Shown here piece by piece: positions 53,594 to 64,000 of a stretch of 64,000 bases of DNA. The position numbers and the translations under genes are program-made. Numbering within the stretch: position 1 is the stretch's first letter; each line of letters begins with the position of its first letter. The DNA is from Octopus sinensis (lineage: Eukaryota), in NCBI RefSeq assembly GCF_006345805.1, contig NC_043018.1, forward strand, positions 13,826,001-13,890,000, in the 5' to 3' direction. The notes below the pieces were generated by a model that saw only the letters and a program-made list of their open reading frames with translations, ran no database searches and was not told the DNA's origin.

Positions 53594-53939
53594 CACACAC
53601 ACAAAGAAGCGCGCCCACACACACACACATACACACATATATATATATATACACACACACAAACGCACACACACAACTGCATACAACTGTAGTAGGGGTA
53701 AATGGTATTTGTAGTTTAGTGGTGCCATCGACTTGCTTTTGTTGCTGTCATTGCTGCATCCTAGTTCTGTTATCGATCACACTATTGATCAATCCAACCA
53801 TGGCCAACCCTCATTTTTTTTTCCTGCATCCAGCATTATGCATTTGTCCCATTGCACACCACTTCATTTTGCAAAGGCACTCACTAGTGACGGGCTGCTA
53901 TTACTAGCAAGTCGTGAGAGTGGGTAGGTGCTCGGTTGT

Positions 53940-54797
53940 TTGTGTAATTGTAGTGTGGTGGTAGTATGAAGGTGGTGGTATCGTCGTAGTCACTGTGGCT
54001 GATGTAGTGGTGTTGGTGGTTAGATAAGTTGGCAATGGTGATGATGGTAGCGGTGGTTACGGGAGTCGTAGTGGTAGTAGTGGTGGTGGCGGTGGAGGTG
54101 GTAGTGATGATGACGATGATGATGATGGAGGTGGTGGTACTTGTGTGGATGGTGTTGTTGCTGCTGTTGTTGTTGTTGGTAGCAGCAGCAGCAGGAGCAG
54201 CAGCAGTAGTAGTAGTAGTATTGGTGGTGGCGGTGTAGTGGTAGTGGAGATAGTGATGGTGATGGTGGTAGTGGTGGTTGTGGTTGTGGCTGTCGTGGGG
54301 GTGGTGGTAGTAGTAGTAGTAACAGTAGTATTAGTAATAGTAGCATTAGTAACAGTAGTAGTAGTAGTAGTAGTGGTAGTAGTATTGAAGGAGGTGGTGG
54401 TTTGTTGCTGTCCATATATGCAACTGTACCAAAATAATGGAATCTCCCGTAGTGGTGGTGGGGGCGATGACAACGCGAGACAGTGGTAGTTGAGGTGGCA
54501 GTAGGTAGTGGTTGCGGTGGCAGGCGGTATTGAAGGTGGTAGTATTGATAGATGCAGGAGATAGAAACAATGGCAATAGGGAGAGGTAGGTGGGTGGTGT
54601 GGTGGTGGTAGTCATGGGGTTGGCAATAATGGATGGTGGCTGTGGTGGTGGTAGTGCTTGTGGTGGTGATGGTGGTGGCGGTGGTGATGTTGGTAGTGGT
54701 GGTTGTGGCTGTCGTGGTGGTAGTGGTAATAGTAGTATTAATAGTAGTAGCAGTAGTAGTACCGGTAGAAGTAGTAGTAGTAGTACTGGTAGTAGTG

Positions 54798-54842
<45 letters not shown>

Positions 54843-54850
54843 ATGAGATA
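53940..54850. repeat. Compound trinucleotide low-complexity tract (GGT/GTA/GAT/GTT)
   Basis: Successive trinucleotide blocks; produces the 367-aa and other low-complexity ORFs. Confidence 0.9.
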
Positions 54851-55180
54851 GATAGAGAGAGAGATCGGGTGGCCGTCAAAGTGGGAGGAGGAAAGGTGTG
54901 TAGATGCTGCGTGATAGATGATAGGCAGGTAACAAAATGTAGAAGTAGAGAGAGTAAGAGGGAAGGAAGGAAGGAAGGAAGGAATATATAGATAAGGGGA
55001 ACGCGTACGTAGGGGCTGGTTGCTCTCAGTCCCTTTTTCCGTACATGTGTGTGTGTGGGGTGGTGGTGGTGGTGGTGGTGGGTGGTGGTGTGTGTGAGTA
55101 TATGCGTGCATAAGGACAGTCATACCAAGATAAGATCATACATATGAAATAGAGATAGATGGATAGATAGATTGAGAGAG

Positions 55181-55218
<38 letters not shown>

Positions 55219-55388
55219 TGAGAGAGAGACAGAAAGAGAGAGAGAGTGTGTGTGCGCCTGTGGCTAAAAAAAAGTTCGCTTCTCACAAGTGCCTTCGTCT
55301 GTGGCCTGGGATCGATTGTCTTGAAACAAGAACCAACAAAAAGTGAAAATAAAAATCTGAAACACACAAACATATAACATCAGAGCAT

Positions 55389-55455
<67 letters not shown>

Positions 55456-55724
55456 TATATATATACAGGTCACTCACCTGGCGAAAGTGAGTTGCACCTG
55501 TAATTAAAAGGGCCAGCCTTGTCACATTCTATGTTACACTGAATCCCCTTGAGAGCTATGTTAAAGGTGTGTGTGTCTGTGGAGCGCTCAGCCACTTGCA
55601 CGGTAGTCTCACGAGCAGGCTGTTCCGCTGAGATCGGATCAAATGGAACCCACGTCACCGTAATCGATGGAGTGCCAATTTTATATGCATATATATATAT
55701 GCATATATATAAAGAAACCAATGT

Positions 55725-55761
<37 letters not shown>

Positions 55762-55965
55762 TCAGGGTGAATACTTGATAAATGTAAGCACCTGTATATG
55801 CCAGCTAGTAGCAGAGGTGAGAGGATATATGTATCAAATGAACAGACATCTCTGTATCCTGTTTTCCATTTTATTTCATTTGATACATATATATATATAT
55901 ATATATTATATAATATATATTATATATATACATATATACATATGTTATATATATATATATTTATT

Positions 55966-56090
55966 TTAAGCAGCAGAAAATTCAACAAAATCGTTACTCT
56001 GAGTTTCTCGTTGCCGTTCATAGACAAAAAATGATGAACGGCAACGAGAAAATCAGAGTAACAGATTTTGTTGAATTTTCTGCTGCTTAA
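55966..56090. repeat. Fold-back palindrome of the 9899/13023 hammerhead-bearing repeat
   Basis: Arms 55966-56021 and 56034-56090 differ by one indel and one substitution; 12-nt loop. Confidence 0.9.
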
Positions 56091-56212
56091 ATAAAGCATA
56101 TACTCTACCACTGGTTTTGAGTACCTTTTTTCCACCTGTTTCACATTTATGTGTTTTACCCGGTATATAATATATGTATATATACATGTATATATATACA
56201 TATATAGATACA

Positions 56213-56252
<40 letters not shown>

Positions 56253-56469
56253 GTATATATATATATGTATATATATGTATATATATACATATATATACAT
56301 ATATTTATACATATATATATTTCTTAATACCCACAAGGGGCTAAACAAAGAGGGGACAAACAAGGACAGACAAAGGGATTAAGTCGACTACATCGACCCC
56401 AGTGCGTAACTGGTACTTAATTTATCGACCCCGAAAGGATGAAAGGCAAAGTCGACCTCGGCGGAATAC

Positions 56470-56517
<48 letters not shown>

Positions 56518-56536
56518 GTATATACAATATATATAC

Positions 56537-56571
<35 letters not shown>

Positions 56572-56779
56572 CATTTACATATATGTATGCATATAAATAC
56601 AATATATACATATATATATGTCTACGTATACATATATATACATATATATATTACATATATATATATATACGTTATGGCTGCCCCCTCGTTATCAAGTATA
56701 GCCATTGCACGAAGCTTAACTGTTACTGGTGCTGTGATCGAATGTGACTTTTTTTAGCCCAGCTAAAGATCTACAATGT

Positions 56780-56935
56780 ACAAAATTGTACAAAATTGGC
56801 AACTAAAACCTTTACAGGTAACAGCCAGCTGTAGTTGTACCTGGGCTTCATGTACCTGTGCATGTCGTTTAAGTCCTCCTGCCGAATCACACTCTCTTCC
56901 AGATGCCCGACAGATATGATTAGTATGGTGCGTTA
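56780..56935 (-). pseudogene. RTE-type LINE C-terminal zinc-finger-like remnant
   Basis: HICRASGRECDSAGGLKRHAQVH...FSCQFCT resembles the terminal C2H2-like motifs of RTE ORFs. Confidence 0.55.
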
Positions 56936-57615
56936 CACCACGCAGAGTTGAAGAGACACACATATTGATAAACAGTTAAAGGTGACAGAGTTGTGCATTA
57001 AAAGAAACTAAAAACGAAGGATAGAAAGAAGAAACGAAATAGGTAAAGTTATCGAAGATAGAACGAAAAATACTGGCGTAAAAAAGTTCATTACGAGTTT
57101 CAGAAATGCTGGTACCAAAGTCATCTTTAGCAGATATGACAGTGAGTTCGATCTGCAGACAAGCAATCTACTGTTTTTTTTTTCATTTTTTTTTTCCTTA
57201 TGAATAATTACTCTTTCTTTTGTAAATACGTGTGGATGTTTGTGTATGTGTGCACGTTCGTATATGTTTGTGTGTGTGTGTGTGTTTATTGTTTTTACTT
57301 CCATCGAGTTCTTTTTCTTTTTTTTTTGCTTTTCCGTTTTTATTTAGCAGATCGACTTAGTATCACTAATTCATCCCATTTATACTTATGTTTCGCGATC
57401 TCTCCGACGGGTTTTTGGTAATGGAACATCCATTCTATCATTCTGAATATACACACACTCTGGCAAATATACGAGTGTAAGTAATAAGACGAGCGCATAC
57501 AGATACATAAAAATATACATATATCTATATAACTGCATACTTATATATATATCTTATAGATATACATATTATATATATATATCTATATTAAATATATATA
57601 TATATATATAATATA

Positions 57616-57694
<79 letters not shown>

Positions 57695-57706
57695 TATATA
57701 TACACC

Positions 57707-57738
<32 letters not shown>

Positions 57739-57880
57739 AGTAATATATATATAGATATATTATAGATATATATATTATATATATATATATATACTATATA
57801 TTTGATTTGATTAGTTTCAGCTCATAAGTTGTGGCCATGCTGGACCGCCGCCATTTATATATACTTATATATATATATAT

Positions 57881-57974
<94 letters not shown>

Positions 57975-59216
57975 GCGTGCACACAATCAGTCACCTATCC
58001 ATCCGTATAGGCATACAGACACATATTCGGAGATACATTCATTCATTCACGTCTTCATTCCAGCGATGGAGATTTTATTTTGTTAGAAACCAGCTCCTTC
58101 CTCCGAAGAAGAATTTAAGCAATTGAAAACAGAAGGGAATACATACACACATGCATCCATGCATACATGCATACATACATACATACAGGCTTAGTAGTTG
58201 TCTTCTGTCAATAACAAGGTGCGATAGTGCTACGCCAGTCACCACAGCCAGTCTATTGAAATATAGAATCAATAACAGAACGTTACTATTCCATTCTCAA
58301 CATTCAACAGTTGTCACTAAGTATAACACGTTTAGAGCCGGGGAGGGAGGTCGCTTGCTCAGACTTGATAAGTTTCCTAGAAATAGCAACCATGTCTTTC
58401 TTAAATTACATGTTTGCAGCCTATTGCGAAGAAAGAACATGCCAGTTAATATTGTTCTATCGGTGTACACTTTTAAAAGGTGAGATGGTCATGAGTGGAG
58501 ATGGTCATAGCCAGGAATAATCTGTGAATATACAATAACACATGTATATTGAGAAGGTTTGTCTGCTTGTAGAAATAGCAGTTGCACCGTTCTCAAACGA
58601 CCTTTTAATCTATCGCAAAATGCTTAAAACACTTCAGACTAGTTGGTCATGAGTAGGACACTTTTGATTATGTGTCTGCTTGATCAAGTTTGGCTTTCGG
58701 ATAAATAGCAACATATTTAGATAAAACAATGAGAGGAACCTTTGCCACTAAATGTTTTCTTGATTTGCTAGAAATAGCATCCAGATCTCTCTGACATCAA
58801 CATTTACTGATGTTTACAAGGAAAAACAGGAGGTATTAGATAATCCAGAGATATATAGAAACGGATGGGTGGTCACGGTTAGAATGCCTCTGGATTTTTT
58901 TCTTTTTTATTAAGGGCTTGGTCAAAGAATGTTTAAAAAAAAGCGCTGCATAACAATGACAACAACTATAACGAGAATGATTGAGGCTTTATGGAAACAG
59001 TTGCCAAGCAGATCGATTAATGGTTATGATAGATCGGACGGCTAGAGAGCAAGCTTGCTTCTAGGATTTTAGGTTCTCAGTTCAAATCCCGTCTTCATCA
59101 ACTTTAGAATAATGTAACAGTTCAATGCTCCATAGCTGCCTTCTCTTCTGCTTATTCTTCTTATAATTCTCTGTCCGTCTCTCACTCTCTTTCTCTCTCT
59201 CTCTCTCTCTCTCTAC

Positions 59217-59252
<36 letters not shown>

Positions 59253-59255
59253 ATA

Positions 59256-59288
<33 letters not shown>

Positions 59289-59648
59289 CTATCTATCTAT
59301 CTATCTATAAATCTATCGTGGTCTCTATAATCAGTTGCACTCAATACTAAGAGGGCCGTGTGTGTTTAGTATTACTTACATATTACCTGCGCACCGTAGC
59401 TCAGCTCTGATCATATAGACAGGTAACCAAAAGGTTTACCAGTCTTTGATTACCTGTGCAATGCACCCAACAACATCTTCATTTGTTTATTAAAGGCTGT
59501 TGGGTCAGATATAAGGTGTAAATAGCAATATAGAATATTCACCTGTAAACAAATAGATCAGCAACATCTGACAATCCTGCAAGACTGCCAAGCATCAAAG
59601 TGGAATTGATCGCAGAGACCATGTATTGGAAATGAAATGTTTGTCACG

Positions 59649-59703
<55 letters not shown>

Positions 59704-59704
59704 A

Positions 59705-59752
<48 letters not shown>

Positions 59753-60015
59753 ATCCATCTCTATCTCACTCACTCACTCTCTCTCTCGCTATATATATAT
59801 ATGTGTGTGTGTATGTATGTATGTATGTATGTATGTATGTATAGATAGATAGATAGATAGAGATTTGTATACACATAAATTGCGAATAATGCACACACAC
59901 ACACACCATATGTATATAGAGAGAGACTTTTTCTATTCCTGAGTGTTATACTAATACATCTGTTTGTTTTGTACACCACCTGTCTTCGTCTTTTGTTTTT
60001 TTCGCAAACTCTCCC

Positions 60016-60053
<38 letters not shown>

Positions 60054-61915
60054 GTGTATGTGTGTGTATATGTGTGTGTGTGTGTAGTGTATATATGTGG
60101 TTGTGGCCGGTGCCGCGAAGTGCATGGCACATTGCGATGATGATGATGATGATGATGACGACTGTGTTGACGGCGACGCTGCAACCAATTCTAAACTCCA
60201 TAGTAGTCGGCAGTTACGGTTTCTATACAAATTTGTCTCTTGTAGGTGTTTTCTCTCTATCTTTCTGCCTCTCCCTCCCTCTCTCCCTCTCATTCTCTGC
60301 ATCTCCCTCTCTCTCTCATCCTTTCTCTCTCTCTCTCTCACTATTTCTCTCTTTCGATCTCGCTCCAGATCTCTTATCGCATCGATGCACTGCCTCTCTC
60401 TCTCATTCTCGTGCTATTTCTTTTTATCTTTTGTCTCTGTCTTTCTCTGTCGCTCTCCTCTCTTCTCTCTCTCTCTCTCTCTCTCCTTTACTCTGTACGT
60501 TTTCTGTCATTCTCTCTGTTCTCCCTTCCCACTCTCTCTCTCTCTTTCTCTGCTTTCTTTACCTCTCACTCTGCTTCGCTCTCTATCTCTCTCCATTGTT
60601 TTGTATATACGTCCCCCCTCCTTCCCTCCCTTTCTCTCTCTCTCTCTCTCCTTCCCTCTCACTTATTCTAGGGAGTCGGAACTTAGTAACAGTAAATGCA
60701 ACACTCACAAACACACACACACACACGTACCCAAGCACCCCCCCAACACACAAACACACATACACACACATACACACAAACACACAAACACCCACACACA
60801 CCACACTCGTATCCAAGCACACACAGAAACCCCCTTCACACACACACACACACACACACGTACCCAAGCACACACAAACCCCCACACACCTACCCAAGCA
60901 CATATTTAGTGTACATATGGTAGTGTTCCAGAGAATTGGTTGTAAATCAATCGCCACCAACCTACTATTGACCATAGTTAATAATAGAACTGTAGAGATT
61001 GCTACTTGTTGAATGTCATGCTTGGCTTGCTAGAAATAACAGCCAAGAATTCCTCAAATACGAGAATATATTTCAGAATTGTTTTGTAGTCACATCTGAA
61101 ATGAACACTGCAACGGTTGTGGCAGAACCAATAAATGATCAAGCTGACCTGGGGCTAAAGAACGTCTGTAATTCTTGAACGAATGCAATAATAGCGGGGC
61201 TAGAATTTGGTGGAAGGGAGAAGATTGTTTTCAGCGATCTGGTGCTCGGTTAGTATCTATTTTATCGACCCTCGGAAGGATGAAATGTAAAGTCGACCTT
61301 AGCGGTATTTGATCCCAGAATCTAAAGCTGGAATTAATGCTGCTAAATATTCGGTCCGGAGTGCTAAGTATTCAACCAGATTGCCACTCTGTTATAGCTA
61401 GAAGCCGATGAGGATACCTCTACGTGGTCACTCAACGTGCTAGAAACAGCAGCCGAATTTAATTCTCTCAGACAACACTCGATCGTTTCGAAAAACTGGA
61501 GATACGGGCAGTGTAGTCTTAGATATACGTAGATTCCACAAACGAACGACGAAGTGTCTGCACCGAAAATGAGAAAGTGTTTTTTGTAGGAGGAGCTAAT
61601 TGTTGGCGCATAAAAAGCTGTGAGGTCACAAGAAGTAATAATGAGCTTTCGGTTTTACTAAATCATAGATGTACAACGTTTATTCAGTTTGTTCCGCTAA
61701 ATATTGAGAACGAACTGCTGCCTGTTGTATGGAGCATATATTTCAGTATCTTTTATCTGTTGCTAGCTCCAGTTATTGGATTGCGGTCATGTATCACCAC
61801 AGTCTTCCTTTTTTTTTAACCTGATACTCATTCTAACGGTCTGTTTTGCCAAACCCCTGATTTACAGGGATCTAAACGCACCGGCATCAGTTGTTCAGGG
61901 AGGGTATTGGATGAT

Positions 61916-61972
<57 letters not shown>

Positions 61973-62242
61973 CACACGCACACACACACGCACACACATA
62001 TGTATATATATATACGACGAACTTCGTTCAGTTTCCTTCTACGAAATCCGCTCCGAAGGATTTGGTGAGCCCAAGGCCATAGTAGAAGACATATGCCTAA
62101 GGTATGACGCAGTGGAATTGAACCTGGGGCCATGTGGTTGGGAAGGAAGCTTAATACTTCACAGCCACACTCGAGCGTAATACTTGATGTTCACTTTTCA
62201 AAGGGTGAAAAAAAGAATAACGCATGAACGGGTGGCATGAAC

Positions 62243-63188
62243 AAAGAACAACTCCCATTTTTAGACATCATGATAAAAAAAAGTTAACAATGAAATCACA
62301 ACTGACATTTATTATAAACCAACTGATTCAAAACAATACCTTCTTTTTAACTCATGCCACCCGAAACACATCAAAATAAACATCCCTTTCAATTTAGCAA
62401 AAAGGATTTGCACAATAGTGTCTGATAGAACAACTCGGGACCTTCGTCTTCAAGACCTCAAAACAAAGCTTATTGAAAGACAATATCCACCCCCACTTAT
62501 CGACGAGGGAAATAAAAGTGCCAAACAATTAGACACAAAAACACTAAGAACAACAAAACATCACACCACACCTCATCTCAAAACATTACTATTTATATCA
62601 ACACACAACCCCAGAAACAGTGAAGCATTCAACACTATTGTGCAAACTGTTCCTTTACTAACTAGAGAACGACATTCTGAAAACGCACAAACTCATCAAA
62701 TGCAAAAAAGCAATACATATCGCTAAAGAGACTACAAACAAATGCGAAGCTTTACAAAACAACCACGAAACCAACGGTTAAAAAATATGGACGCCCAAAC
62801 TGTGGAACCTGTCCCAACCTGCTTGAAGGCTCGGATTTTCTTTTCAAACAAGGACAGAGGTTCACAATTAAAACTAGTTTCACTTGTGTCTCTGAGAAAC
62901 TAATTTATGTAATAACCTGCTCAGGTTGCGGACATAACTATATTGGACAAACGAGTGTGACCTACCTTGAGAAAGAGAACGACTCTACATAAAGAGCAAA
63001 TCCGTTTCCCGCAATACAGGCAAATTCCTCTCAGTGAACACATAGAAAAATGTGCAAATAAAATCAAACCAAATTTCACTGTCTTCCCCTTGTACCAGTG
63101 CAAAGACAAAATCCCCCCACTAGAATGTTTAAATAAAGAAACTTTTTTCATCGAAAAGTACAGAACACGTCTTAATATGCACGCATAA
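62243..63188 (+). mobile_element. Penelope-like element (RT C-terminus plus GIY-YIG endonuclease), frameshifted
   Basis: LPFLDI...TDIYYKPTDSKQYLLFNSCHPKHIKINIPFNLAKRICTIVSD; C-x2-C (NCGTCP); LIYVITCSGCGHNYIGQT; ...LSEHIEKC...ETFFIEKY..LN. Confidence 0.92.
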
Positions 63189-63485
63189 CCAACTTTTATC
63201 TTTTTACATATTTCAATTCACGATTACACCACTGTACATAAATCCCCTCACTAAACAAGGTTTTTCGAAATTTGTCTTTGTCTATACACATATATATTCC
63301 CTCCCATTACCGAAAGCTGAACAGTTATCTCCCTTACCCACAACAATAACAATAATAACTAAAAAAACCAATTACCTCCCTTTATTTATCTACTTGTGAA
63401 GTCATTCACTCGTGAATTTCATCACACACAACATGGACAAAATTTCTTCTTAAGAAAAAATACATATTCAAATAAGCAAAGCATA

Positions 63486-63520
63486 ATATCATGAATAGCG
63501 ACAGCGAAACCGGTCGATAT
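63486..63520 (+). ncRNA. Decayed hammerhead motif 3' of the Penelope ORF
   Basis: ATATC aTGAAtA GC gaca GC GAA ACCGGT C GATAT: stem I 5 bp, palindromic stem III, GUC triplet, two core substitutions. Confidence 0.5.
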
Positions 63521-63623
63521 ATTAAAAATTATATTAAAACCATGTAAGTGTACGTATTTTCCTTTTACCACGTGGGGATAATCGAAATTTCTCTTTTCTG
63601 TTATATATATATATATGTATGTA

Positions 63624-63698
<75 letters not shown>

Positions 63699-63739
63699 AA
63701 TGTAAAATACATAGATTTAACTTATCCGGTGGTACTCAC

Positions 63740-63763
63740 AAAAATCTCGTCTAGCAGACCAGT
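63740..63763 (-). CDS. Candidate 24-nt microexon (WSARRDF or TGLLDEIF)
   Basis: Minus: ctatgtgctttgtag|actggtctgctagacgagattttt|gtgagtac. Confidence 0.25.
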
Positions 63764-64000
63764 CTACAAAGCACATAGCAGACCAAATACAAAGGGTTGT
63801 AATTCAGAATCGGATTTAGTTGAAGTCCAGTAAATCCAATTACTAATGATTGTTTCATTAGAAGTGTTTCTAATACGAAGTTGCCTGCGAAAAGATCAGA
63901 ATCGAATGGATATCAACTGGTGAGGAGATAAGTATATTCATCTCACACCTCCTCACTTCGTATGTCTGCGCATGAGTTTGTGTGTGTGTATGTATGTATG

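Noticed and set aside
53834-53924. TPLHFA motif suggesting an ankyrin repeat
   Set aside because: Remaining ankyrin consensus positions do not match and there are no neighbouring repeats.
55481-55500. 20-nt minus-strand exon-like segment with strong splice sites
   Set aside because: Lies at the edge of SINE-tail-derived sequence and its length is not a multiple of 3.
57012-57180. Stop-free stretches on both strands (IGKVIEDRTKNTGVKKF... and a hydrophobic minus ORF)
   Set aside because: No start codon or usable acceptor and no recognisable family.

Overview
AT-rich, repeat-saturated eukaryotic DNA with very dense (TA)n/(CA)n/(TATC)n/(TAA)n microsatellites and one 100-N gap. The repeat families look to me like those of an octopus (coleoid cephalopod); this is recognition from memory, not a search result. 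Most long ORFs in the track are microsatellite translation artefacts. Recognisable content: three tRNA-headed SINE families (here A, B, C; about 40 copies or fragments), decayed RTE-type LINE pieces, a CR1/L2-group endonuclease start, two mariner remnants, Helitron helicase remnants, Helitron- and Helentron-type non-autonomous elements, a MITE-like element and a frameshifted Penelope-like (RT C-terminus + GIY-YIG) element. No host gene could be named; several well-flanked candidate exons chain in phase on each strand (low confidence). The main unexplained signal is about a dozen minimal type-I hammerhead-ribozyme-like motifs of several unrelated sequence families, mostly far from any Penelope ORF. 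They include a tandem pair 296 bp apart with a retrozyme-like layout (34.9-35.3 kb). All structures were paired by eye; no folding or database searches were run.
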